DNA of 64,000 bases from Lachnospiraceae bacterium (lineage in GTDB: Bacteria > Bacillota > Clostridia > Lachnospirales > Lachnospiraceae): NCBI GenBank assembly GCA_022791755.1, contig JAAVZR010000031.1, positions 7,830 to 71,829 on the forward strand, given 5' to 3'. Numbering within the stretch: the stretch's first letter is position 1; each line of letters opens with the position of its first letter. Position numbers and translations under genes: made by a program. Of the stretch, positions 40,442-49,296 are shown one piece after another. The notes beneath the pieces were generated by a model. It searched no databases and was not told the origin of the DNA. It saw nothing but the letters and a program-made list of their open reading frames with translations.

Positions 40442-41902
40442 GTGAAGGGATGGCGGAGAACGGGAAAGGGGTACAGGCTGACAGCGCTTTTTCTGGCAGC
40501 TCTGGTGCTCATGGGGTTCATACTCGGGAGGACGGCTAAGGAGGACGGCGTGGTAAGACAGGCCGGACGGGAAATCCTGGCGGTGGTGGAAAAGAAACTA
40601 TTCTTCGGAGCGGTCTGCGCCGTGTCCCCATGGCTCTCCTACGTGATTGATGCCGGTGAGGGACAAAGGGCAGGAGAGAAGCAGGAGAAGGAGCCGGAAC
40701 AAAAGGGTGAGGCGGAAGGTTCCGCGGAAGATGTGCGGACGACGTCGGGAAATACCGTTATCTATCAGGACGGGACGCCGGAGCCGTCGGTGGCGGATGT
40801 CATCGCAGATGAGAAGGAGCTGCAGGCGGAATGGGAGAGGCTTCTTCTGGGGGAGCAGGCCCGGGATGAGAGCGGGACAAAACAGCCGGGAACCGGGCAG
40901 CAGGAACAGATGGAAAGCGGAGATGAGCCGGGGGAGACAGACGGTCAGATACGGGAGGAATGGAATCCTTTTCCGGAGGACATGGATGAATATGAAGTCA
41001 ATGAACCGGATGCGGATCTGCTGGCGGAGATCGACAGGGAAAACGAGATGCTGCGGGAGCTGGCCAGAGAGCAGGCTCTGGCGAATCAGCTGGCGGCAGA
41101 ACAGGCGGCGGCGGGAGAACAGCCGGCAGAGGCGTCAGGGCAGGTGTTGCCCTTAGCCTACTCCATGGAACAGCTGAACGACCTGAATTTTCTGATTCAG
41201 AACTGTTATGCCGTCAACCGGGCCACGGAGGTGGACGGTGAGCTGTTAAACGCTGCGTCCATGCTGGAGCAGGATATGAAACTGCAAAGTCCTGACAGCG
41301 GCGGACCCAAGGTACTTATTCATCACACCCATGCCACGGAATATTTTGCCGATTCCGATCCGGACGATTCGTCCACGCTGATCGTAGGGGTAGGGGATTA
41401 TCTGGAGGAGATTCTGGAGACGCAGTACGGCATTGAGGTAATTCACGACAGAACCGTATATCCCTACAATGAAGCCTACTCGAGGGCTTTGCAGAATGTG
41501 GAGCAGATCCTGGCGGAGAATCCCAGCATCGAGGTATTCATCGACCTGCACCGCGACGCCGGCGGTTCGGAGAAATATACGGTGAATATCGACGGGAAGG
41601 AGACTGCGAATATCATGTTTTTCAATGGGATCTCACGCAATACCAATGGTCCCATCGACTATCTGAACAATGACAATCTGTCGGCGAACCTGGCCTTCAG
41701 CTTCCAGCTGAAAATGGCAGGTGACAGCATGTATCCGGGATTGTGCAAGAGAAATCATCTGAAAGCCTATCGTTATAATCTCCATGTACTGGAACGGGCG
41801 GTTATTATTGAAGTGGGAGATAATAATAATACGCTGGAGGAGGCCAGAAATGCCATGGAACCGCTGGCGCGGATTCTGAACTACGTGCTGAACGGGAGAT
41901 GA
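40442..41902 (+). CDS. spoIIP: Stage II sporulation protein P, with a long acidic low-complexity linker
   Basis: The C-terminal domain (IHHTHATE ... FIDLHRD ... VIIEVG) matches SpoIIP. One N-terminal TM helix. GTG start 7 nt after GGAGG. Confidence 0.85.
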   Translation: MKGWRRTGKGYRLTALFLAALVLMGFILGRTAKEDGVVRQAGREILAVVEKKLFFGAVCAVSPWLSYVIDAGEGQRAGEKQEKEPEQKGEAEGSAEDVRTTSGNTVIYQDGTPEPSVADVIADEKELQAEWERLLLGEQARDESGTKQPGTGQQEQMESGDEPGETDGQIREEWNPFPEDMDEYEVNEPDADLLAEIDRENEMLRELAREQALANQLAAEQAAAGEQPAEASGQVLPLAYSMEQLNDLNFLIQNCYAVNRATEVDGELLNAASMLEQDMKLQSPDSGGPKVLIHHTHATEYFADSDPDDSSTLIVGVGDYLEEILETQYGIEVIHDRTVYPYNEAYSRALQNVEQILAENPSIEVFIDLHRDAGGSEKYTVNIDGKETANIMFFNGISRNTNGPIDYLNNDNLSANLAFSFQLKMAGDSMYPGLCKRNHLKAYRYNLHVLERAVIIEVGDNNNTLEEARNAMEPLARILNYVLNGR

Positions 41903-41973
41903 TACCTGTCTATTTTAGCGCAGAAACGGGGAAAAGGCAAGGAAAAAGGAACGGGATTTTCCGGCAGGATGCA

Positions 41974-42002
41974 TTGAAACCCCTCCGAATTTATGATAAA
42001 AT
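41974..42002 (+). promoter_or_regulatory. Own promoter for the 42104 gene
   Basis: TTGAAA - 17 bp - TAAAAT, with an upstream TG (TGATAAAAT). Confidence 0.45.
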
Positions 42003-42103
42003 GAAAAACAAGCGCTACGGCGGCCTTTAGGGGCGGGCGCGTGAAATTTACAGAGAGCACAGACAGGGCATAAGGACTGTCCGGCCAAACACAGGAGGAA
42101 AAA

Positions 42104-42841
42104 GTGAAGGGATTTTGCTTTGTGATTCAGCCATATGATAAGGGAAAATATGATAAACGATACAGGGAGGTCATCGTTCCGACTGTGGAAAAGTGCGGGC
42201 TGGAATGCTACCGTGTGGACGAAGACGCTTCTGTGGAGATCCCTTTTAACCAGATTGAAGAAAAGATCCGAGAGAGCGTGCTCTGCATCGCAGACATAAC
42301 AGAAAATAACCCGAATGTCTGGTTTGAGGTAGGCTACGCCTATGCCTGTAGGAAAAAGCTGATTCTGGTCTGTTCAGATGACCGCAAGGGGGATTACCCC
42401 TTTGATATCCGTCACCATAAGGTGTTGAGATACGATACGGAGTCTCCCCGGGATTTTGTGCGGTACGGAAACGATCTGGAAAAGGCCATTGTGGAGTACA
42501 GTAAAGGAACAGCCCTGTGGCCGGCAGATGAGACGGCGGACAGGCCGGCGGTACTGACAGCCGGCATCGGCGGATACTACGAAGCGGATATTCTGGATGT
42601 GCGCCAGATCCGGTCCAATGGAGAGGACTGCCTGTGCTACCGGCTGGACGGTCTCCTTGGCGAGGTGGAAGAGATAACGGAGGGGGAGACCCACTGGCTG
42701 TTTTGCGAGGAGGGGAAGTATGACCCGGTTAGAAAAGGGGACAGGGTCAGGTTCAGGGTGCGAGGGGTTTCCGAGCGCCGGAATTATCGCGGTGCACCCA
42801 ACGCAAGAAACGTATACCTGGCTTCTCTGAAAAAGGTATAG
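42104..42841 (+). CDS. Two-domain hypothetical: N-terminal TIR-like / nucleoside 2-deoxyribosyltransferase-like Rossmannoid domain plus an unknown C-terminal domain of about 100 aa
   Basis: FVIQPYD start strand and ...CIADITENNPNVWFEVGYAYA... This D-x-(3-5)-NPNV-x-FE-x-GYA pattern is typical of the NDT/TIR-like/SLOG-type fold. The assignment is from memory, not searched. GTG start 5 nt after GGAGG. Confidence 0.5.
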   Translation: MKGFCFVIQPYDKGKYDKRYREVIVPTVEKCGLECYRVDEDASVEIPFNQIEEKIRESVLCIADITENNPNVWFEVGYAYACRKKLILVCSDDRKGDYPFDIRHHKVLRYDTESPRDFVRYGNDLEKAIVEYSKGTALWPADETADRPAVLTAGIGGYYEADILDVRQIRSNGEDCLCYRLDGLLGEVEEITEGETHWLFCEEGKYDPVRKGDRVRFRVRGVSERRNYRGAPNARNVYLASLKKV

Positions 42842-42933
42842 GGAAATCCCTTTGTGGGGCGGGCGGACTGCGTCCGATAAGAAACTTTATATATTGAGGG
42901 CAGAGCCCAATTTTTATATGACAGGAGGCCATT

Positions 42934-44745
42934 ATGGCAGCAGACCAGAGCAGAATCCGCAACTTTTGTATTATTGCCCATATCGATCACGGGAAATCCA
43001 CCCTGGCGGACCGGATCATCGAGATGACAGGACTTCTGACCAGCCGGGAGATGCAGGCCCAGGTGCTTGACAATATGGATCTGGAGCGGGAAAGGGGCAT
43101 TACCATCAAGTCCCAGGCGGTCCGTACCATCTATAAAGCAAAGGACGGCCAGGAGTATATCTTTAATCTGATTGATACTCCCGGCCACGTTGATTTTAAC
43201 TATGAGGTATCCCGTTCGCTGGCAGCCTGCGACGGCGCCGTGCTGGTGGTGGACGCGGCTCAGGGGATCGAGGCGCAGACGCTGGCCAATGTGTATCTGG
43301 CACTGGACCATGATCTGGATGTGATTCCCGTGATCAATAAGATCGACCTGCCCAGCGCCGAACCGCATCGGGTCATCGAGGAGATCGAGGATGTGATCGG
43401 ACTGGAGGCCCAGGATGCGCCGCAGGTTTCAGCCAAGACCGGTCTGCACTGCGAGGATGTGCTGGAAGCGATCGTTAAGAAACTGCCGGCTCCCCATGGC
43501 GACGCACAGGCCCCGTTACAGGCCCTGATTTTTGATTCGGTCTACGATTCCTATAAAGGCGTTATCGTATTCTTCCGCGTGAAGGAGGGGACGGTGGCCA
43601 GAGGGCAGAGGATCCGCATGATGGCCATGGGGGCAGAGTTTGATGTGGTGGAGGTGGGCTATTTCGGCGCAGGCCAGTTTATTTCCTGTGACGAGCTGTC
43701 GGCCGGTATGGTGGGATATCTGACAGCCAGCATCAAAAATGTCCGGGATACCCAGGTGGGCGATACGATCACCCGGGTGGACAAGCCCTGCGACAGCCCT
43801 CTGCCGGGCTATAAGAAAGTGACCTCCATGGTGTACTGCGGCATGTACCCCGCCGACGGAGCCAAATATAACGATCTGCGGGATGCGCTGGAAAAGCTCA
43901 AGCTCAACGACGCCTCCTTAAGCTTTGAGCCGGAGACCTCGGTGGCCCTGGGCTTTGGCTTCCGCTGCGGTTTTCTGGGGCTTTTGCATCTGGAGATTAT
44001 ACAGGAGAGGCTGGAGAGAGAGTATAATCTGGATCTGGTGACCACGGCTCCTTCGGTTATCTACAAGGTGCATAAGACAAACGGGGAGGTCATCGACCTG
44101 ACGAATCCCACCAATCTGCCGGATCCGGCGGAGATCGAGTATATGGAGGAGCCGGTGGTGTCGGCAGAGATCATGGTGACCACGGAATTCATAGGAGCCA
44201 TTATGGAACTGTGCCAGGAGCGCCGGGGCATCTATATGGGGATGGAATATATGGAAGAGACCCGGGCGCTTCTGCGCTATGAGCTGCCCCTCAACGAAAT
44301 CATCTACGACTTTTTTGACGCGCTGAAATCCCGATCCAGAGGGTACGCCTCCTTTGATTATGAGATCAAGGGCTATGAGACCTCAAAGCTGGTGAAGCTG
44401 GATATCCTGATTAATAAGGAGGAGGTGGACGCCCTCTCGTTCATCGTGCATGAGGCCACGGCCTATGAGAGGGGGCGGCGCATGTGCGAGAAGCTGAAGG
44501 ACGAGATCCCCCGCCATCTCTTCGAGATCCCGATTCAGGCGGCCATCGGCAGTAAGATCATCGCCCGGGAGACGGTGAAGGCCATGCGCAAGGATGTGCT
44601 GGCCAAATGTTACGGCGGCGATATCACCCGTAAGAAGAAGCTTTTGGAGAAGCAGAAGGAGGGCAAGAAGCGGATGCGCCAGATCGGCAATGTGGAGATT
44701 CCGCAGAAGGCGTTCATGAGCGTCCTGAAGCTGGATGACAAATAG
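42934..44745 (+). CDS. lepA: Elongation factor 4
   Basis: [28 protein letters not shown] and NKIDL GTPase motifs, plus the LepA C-terminal domain. Confidence 0.95.
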   Translation: MAADQSRIRNFCIIAHIDHGKSTLADRIIEMTGLLTSREMQAQVLDNMDLERERGITIKSQAVRTIYKAKDGQEYIFNLIDTPGHVDFNYEVSRSLAACDGAVLVVDAAQGIEAQTLANVYLALDHDLDVIPVINKIDLPSAEPHRVIEEIEDVIGLEAQDAPQVSAKTGLHCEDVLEAIVKKLPAPHGDAQAPLQALIFDSVYDSYKGVIVFFRVKEGTVARGQRIRMMAMGAEFDVVEVGYFGAGQFISCDELSAGMVGYLTASIKNVRDTQVGDTITRVDKPCDSPLPGYKKVTSMVYCGMYPADGAKYNDLRDALEKLKLNDASLSFEPETSVALGFGFRCGFLGLLHLEIIQERLEREYNLDLVTTAPSVIYKVHKTNGEVIDLTNPTNLPDPAEIEYMEEPVVSAEIMVTTEFIGAIMELCQERRGIYMGMEYMEETRALLRYELPLNEIIYDFFDALKSRSRGYASFDYEIKGYETSKLVKLDILINKEEVDALSFIVHEATAYERGRRMCEKLKDEIPRHLFEIPIQAAIGSKIIARETVKAMRKDVLAKCYGGDITRKKKLLEKQKEGKKRMRQIGNVEIPQKAFMSVLKLDDK

Positions 44746-44786
44746 CGGCCGGATGGCAGGAAACCGGCGTCAGAGCAGGAGAATCT

Positions 44787-45962
44787 ATGGAACTGTATAT
44801 TCACATCCCTTTTTGTGTCCGCAAATGCGATTACTGTGATTTTTTGTCCGCTCCTGCGGATGGACAGACGCAGGCCGCCTATATGGAGGCTTTGGAGCGG
44901 GAGCTGTGTCTGGCGGCTGAGGAGCATGAGGGAGAGACCATAGAGACGGTCTTTATCGGCGGAGGTACGCCGTCTGTGGTGGATTCGGATCTTTTGTGCC
45001 GGCTGTTGTCAAAGATGCAGGAGAGGTTTACTTTGGAGGAGGGCGCCGAGATTTCCATGGAGGCCAATCCGGGGACCCTCACAGCAAAGAAACTGGCGGC
45101 TTACCGGCAGGCAGGCGTGAACCGCCTGAGCATCGGGCTTCAGTCCATGGACGGCAGAGATCTGAAAACGGCCGGAAGGATTCATACCGCAGAGGAATTT
45201 CTGAGAAACTTTGATCTGGCCAGGGAAGCAGGCTTTGCCAATATCAATGTGGATCTGATGTCGGCGCTGCCCGGGCAGACGGTCTCCTCCTGGGAACGGA
45301 CGCTGCGAAGAACGGCGGATCTGAAACCGGAGCATATCTCGGCGTACAGCCTGATCATTGAGGAAGGTACGCCGTTTTGGGACAGGTATGAGAGCCATCC
45401 GGAGCTTCTGCCCTCAGAGGAGGAAGACCGCCGGATGTACCACCTGACTAAGAAAGTGTTGGCGGAGGCGGGGTATGAGCGCTATGAGATCAGCAATTAC
45501 GCCAGACCGGGATTTGCGTGCCGTCATAATATGGGTTACTGGAAGAGGACGCCCTATCTGGGCCTGGGCCTGGGAGCCTCGTCCTTTTACGCAGGACAGC
45601 GCTTTCGGAATACCGGCAGTCTGAGCCGGTATCTGGAGCTGATGAGCGCACGGGAGCTTTCCTCTTCGCCGCAAAGGACGGCCTGGCGGGAGGAGTTTGT
45701 GACGCTTACAAGGCAGGACGCCATGGAGGAATTCATGTTTCTGGGACTTCGTCTGACGGCTGGAATTCGAAAAGAGGATTTTTGGCAGAGCTTCGGGCAG
45801 GAGATCGTGACGGTGTACGGCTCCGTACTGGAACGCCTGACGGCAGAGGGACTTCTGGAGAGGACAAAGGCCGGATGGCGGCTCAGCGAATGGGGACTGG
45901 ATGTGAGCAACCGGGTGCTGGCCAGGTTTCTTTTGCAGGGCGGCGAAGGGGCGATAGGATAA
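44787..45962 (+). CDS. hemW: Radical SAM heme chaperone HemW (HemN-like, oxygen-independent coproporphyrinogen oxidase family)
   Basis: LYIHIPFCVRKCDYCDF, GGGTPS, and position downstream of lepA. Confidence 0.85.
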   Translation: MELYIHIPFCVRKCDYCDFLSAPADGQTQAAYMEALERELCLAAEEHEGETIETVFIGGGTPSVVDSDLLCRLLSKMQERFTLEEGAEISMEANPGTLTAKKLAAYRQAGVNRLSIGLQSMDGRDLKTAGRIHTAEEFLRNFDLAREAGFANINVDLMSALPGQTVSSWERTLRRTADLKPEHISAYSLIIEEGTPFWDRYESHPELLPSEEEDRRMYHLTKKVLAEAGYERYEISNYARPGFACRHNMGYWKRTPYLGLGLGASSFYAGQRFRNTGSLSRYLELMSARELSSSPQRTAWREEFVTLTRQDAMEEFMFLGLRLTAGIRKEDFWQSFGQEIVTVYGSVLERLTAEGLLERTKAGWRLSEWGLDVSNRVLARFLLQGGEGAIG

Positions 45963-45977
45963 AGGAGCAGGAGAGCT

Positions 45978-46568
45978 ATGGCAGAATACAGGGAAAAGGG
46001 CAGAACGCAGGGAAATACGGCAGGGCAGAGAAAAGAGGAAAACGTATCCTGGCGGCCGCCAAAAGTGGGCTGGCGTATGATTAAGACCATGCTGGCGGCC
46101 ACCCTGATCGCGCTGGGGTATTCGATCTGGGACAGAAATCCCTGCTTTGCCTGCATCGGCGCGGTGTTTGGTATGGGAAATGTGTTGACCGGGGGCCTGA
46201 AAAGCGGCGGGAACCGTTTTATCGGCACGATCATGGGCGGCGTTATCGCGCTGCTGTTTTATCCCATGTATCACTATGAGCTGTGGGGAATTCCTTCCTG
46301 GATCTATCTGTCTGCGGGCCTTTTGATATTGCTCTATATCGGAGAGATGCTGGGGGCCATCGGCGGAATCCAGCCGGGGGCCGTGGTATTTTATGTGGTG
46401 ATTCTGACAGTGCCGGAAGCCACGTATATCCAGTACACAGTCAATCGTATGATTGATACGGGGATTGGCGTGGCCGTGGCGCTGGCTTTTGACAGGGCGC
46501 TGCCGTCACCTAAGGAGGAGGCGCCGGTTCCGCTGTTCGGAGGAAGGGACGAACCGGGGGAAGACTGA
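45978..46568 (+). CDS. FUSC/aromatic-acid-exporter-like small membrane protein
   Basis: Four to five TM helices with the R..KT..A...A pattern and GNRFIGTIMGGVIA. The family call is tentative. Confidence 0.5.
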   Translation: MAEYREKGRTQGNTAGQRKEENVSWRPPKVGWRMIKTMLAATLIALGYSIWDRNPCFACIGAVFGMGNVLTGGLKSGGNRFIGTIMGGVIALLFYPMYHYELWGIPSWIYLSAGLLILLYIGEMLGAIGGIQPGAVVFYVVILTVPEATYIQYTVNRMIDTGIGVAVALAFDRALPSPKEEAPVPLFGGRDEPGED

Positions 46569-46625
46569 GAGAAGCAGGCAAAGCATAAAGAGCGAAAGAA
46601 AACAGGACAGAGAGGTACGAAGAAG

Positions 46626-47303
46626 ATGGAGAAAAAAGCGGTGCGCGAGAACAGGGAAAGAAGGGAGCTGGCGCGTAAGGTCATAGAGCGGCTGAAGGCG
46701 GAATATCCGGAGGCCGGCTGTACCCTGGATTATAACCAGGCATGGAAGCTGTTGGTCTCCGTGCGTCTGGCGGCTCAGTGCACCGATGCCAGGGTCAATG
46801 TGGTGGTGCAGGGATTGTACGAAAAGTATCCGGATGTGAATGCGCTGGCCGAAGCGCCGGTGGAAGACATTGAAGCCATCGTAAAGCCCTGCGGTCTGGG
46901 ACACAGCAAAGCCAGGGACATAAGCGCCTGTATGAAGATGCTGCGGGACCGGTATGAGGGCCGGGTGCCGGAAGATTTTGACGCCCTTTTGTCGCTGCCC
47001 GGGGTGGGCCGCAAGAGCGCAAATCTGATTATGGGGGATGTGTTTGGCAAGCCGGCCATCGTGACGGATACCCACTGCATCCGTCTTGTGAACCGAATCG
47101 GCCTGGTGGATGGCTTTACGGAGCCGAAGAAGGTAGAGATGGCTCTCTGGAAGATCATTCCGCCTGAGGAAGGCAGCGATTTCTGCCACAGGCTGGTGAA
47201 CCATGGCCGGGAGGTCTGCACAGCCAGGACAAAGCCCTACTGCGACCGGTGCTGTCTGAACGACATCTGCGCAAAATATGGAGTGGGAGACGAGAAAAAA
47301 TAA
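46626..47303 (+). CDS. nth: Endonuclease III
   Basis: HhH-GPD (LPGVGRKSANLI), catalytic D (VDTH), and a C-X6-C-X2-C-X5-C iron-sulfur cluster loop (CTARTKPYCDRCCLNDIC). Confidence 0.9.
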   Translation: MEKKAVRENRERRELARKVIERLKAEYPEAGCTLDYNQAWKLLVSVRLAAQCTDARVNVVVQGLYEKYPDVNALAEAPVEDIEAIVKPCGLGHSKARDISACMKMLRDRYEGRVPEDFDALLSLPGVGRKSANLIMGDVFGKPAIVTDTHCIRLVNRIGLVDGFTEPKKVEMALWKIIPPEEGSDFCHRLVNHGREVCTARTKPYCDRCCLNDICAKYGVGDEKK

Positions 47304-47320
47304 ATGGTCTGCGGCTTCCC

Positions 47321-48136
47321 TTATCCGTATATCTTTCCGACGATCCACAGCATGGTCCGGGCGGGAAGCAGCCGGTATAAAAGCCCCAGGATCTGGTTGG
47401 AAAAGCCGACGATGAAATGGGGCGGCAGGCGCCGGCGGCGAAGGAGCCGCCGGATGGCGGCAGCTACCCGGGCAGGGTCCATACCGTGCCGCTCAGAGCG
47501 TTCCATTCTGGCAACGGAAGCCCGGATACGCCCCTGATAGATATCGTCTCCTTCTGTGTTTTTCGTACGGCTTGTGGTGAAGCCGGTTTTCACATCATTG
47601 AGCAGCAGGGTGCAGGTCTCGATACCAAAAGGCTTCACCTCCAGTCCCAGAGCGTCGCAGAAAACGCCCATCCCTGCCTTGCTGACAGAATAGAAGCTCT
47701 GAAAAGGCAGCGGAAAGACGGCCCCCAGAGAAGAGATGAAGAGGATCCGGCCGTACCCCTGACGACGCATGAGCGGGAGCGCTTCCCTGGCGCAGCGGAT
47801 GGCGCCGGACAGATTCACTTCAATTTGGCGGGAGATATCATCCTCTCTGGAAAATTCCACGGCGCCGGAGATCCCGATCCCCGCATTGACCACCACAAGA
47901 TCGATCCGGCGGCAGCGGCGCCGGATGATGCAAAAGGCGTTTTGTACCGAAACGGGATCAGCCACATCGCAGAAGATTCCGGATATGCCAAGGCGGGCGC
48001 CGGCCTCCGTGACAGGATGCCGGGACAGCCCGAAGACCTGATAGCCCTCGTCTGACAGCATTTGGGCGACAGCCAGCCCGATACCTTTGGATGCTCCGGT
48101 CACCACGGCGGTTCGGGGGTATTTTTTCTGTTTCAT
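47321..48136 (-). CDS. Short-chain dehydrogenase/reductase (SDR)
   Basis: TGASKGIGLA, NAG, and the YSVSK (YxxxK) catalytic motif. Confidence 0.85.
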   Translation of the reverse strand: MKQKKYPRTAVVTGASKGIGLAVAQMLSDEGYQVFGLSRHPVTEAGARLGISGIFCDVADPVSVQNAFCIIRRRCRRIDLVVVNAGIGISGAVEFSREDDISRQIEVNLSGAIRCAREALPLMRRQGYGRILFISSLGAVFPLPFQSFYSVSKAGMGVFCDALGLEVKPFGIETCTLLLNDVKTGFTTSRTKNTEGDDIYQGRIRASVARMERSERHGMDPARVAAAIRRLLRRRRLPPHFIVGFSNQILGLLYRLLPARTMLWIVGKIYG

Positions 48137-48329
48137 AAGATTATCCTTTCCGGGGCAATGTTTTTCGGGATCGTGGGGCTGCCGGAGCCCTGCTCTTATT
48201 GTACCGTATGAAGCGACATCCGTCTACCCCGAAGGGGCATGAAGAAAGAAGTTCTGAGAAGTGATTCTGCCGCAGGCGGGCGAAGAGGACCGGACCTTCG
48301 GGCCAGGAAAGAGGGAGGAGGGTACAAAG

Positions 48330-49133
48330 TTGAAACCGTATAAGATCAGCGAATTTGCCGCCATGGTGGGACTGCCGCAGTCCAAAATCCGGTTTTATGA
48401 AAAGTATGGTCTCTTTCATGTGAAACGCAGTGAAAATGGCTATCGGTATTATACGGCGGAGGACGCGTTTCGTGTCAATGCCTTCCGCATGCTTCTGCTC
48501 TATGGGTTTACGGTGGAGCAGGCCATAGAGATACTGGACGAGCGGCAGTCGAACGAGGAAGTGCTGTGCTCGCTGAAAGCGCAGCGGCGCTGTCTGAATC
48601 TGGAGATTCAGCTGTTAGAGTACCGCCTGAAACGCCTGGACGGCGCGCTGGAACTTTTAAAGTCTGAACCGGGTTCAGACTTTAAGGTGGTCGATATGGA
48701 AGACTATCTGTATATCGCCGCTTCCCATGGAAGAGATTTTTCCATATCCGTGGAAAACGCAGATCTGATTGCTCAGTTTGTAGAGCTTTTGAGCATTACC
48801 AGCTATACGCGTTTGATCCCGCGGGCCGATTTTCTGGATGAGAGAGACAGAGTGAATCCCAGCTATGTCACAGCCATCCCGGTAAGCGAAGCCTATCGCC
48901 TGCCGGACAGCCGGGACCGGCGGATCGGCCACATGAAACTGGGAAAATGTCTCAGGTACAGACGCCGTGCCACCAGGGAAGAGAGCGTGAAAAAGGAGAC
49001 GTTCCGGACCGCTTTTGCCTATCTGGACGAGCACGGCTATAAGATTCGGGATGACGTGGTGATTTTTCCGTCCTTTCTGAATCTGGACGGAAAAGGGAAG
49101 GACGTGGAGACCGTGGTGATTCCGGTGGTATAG
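48330..49133 (+). CDS. MerR-family regulator with a C-terminal GyrI-like/effector-binding-type domain
   Basis: YKISEFAAMVGLPQSKIRFYEKYGL MerR HTH, then a coiled-coil and a C-terminal domain of about 150 aa. I chose the TTG at 48330, 7 nt after GGGAGGAGGG; an upstream in-frame GTG at 48261 is also possible. Confidence 0.8.
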   Translation: MKPYKISEFAAMVGLPQSKIRFYEKYGLFHVKRSENGYRYYTAEDAFRVNAFRMLLLYGFTVEQAIEILDERQSNEEVLCSLKAQRRCLNLEIQLLEYRLKRLDGALELLKSEPGSDFKVVDMEDYLYIAASHGRDFSISVENADLIAQFVELLSITSYTRLIPRADFLDERDRVNPSYVTAIPVSEAYRLPDSRDRRIGHMKLGKCLRYRRRATREESVKKETFRTAFAYLDEHGYKIRDDVVIFPSFLNLDGKGKDVETVVIPVV

Positions 49134-49183
49134 ACTGTGCAGCCGGCAGACGGCCGGAAAAGGCATCTGACCTTAATTTCCTC

Positions 49184-49215
49184 TTGACTCTGAACCATGT
49201 TTATAGTTTAACATG
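49184..49215 (+). promoter_or_regulatory. MerR-type promoter: TTGACT - 19 bp - TAACAT, with inverted repeat CATGTT-N7-AACATG
   Basis: -35 at 49184-49189 and -10 at 49209-49214. Palindrome arms lie at 49197-49202 and 49210-49215. Confidence 0.5.
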
Positions 49216-49296
49216 AAGACGATGTGATTCCGAAGGTGAAAGACCGGTTTCGGGATCCGATATCTCTCAGGGATAAAAGGATGAGGAGGAAAAACA

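Noticed and set aside
40647-41156. An alternative-frame 169-aa ORF inside spoIIP.
   Set aside because: It is an extremely Arg-rich translation of the GA-rich DNA that encodes the acidic SpoIIP linker. It is a frame artefact.
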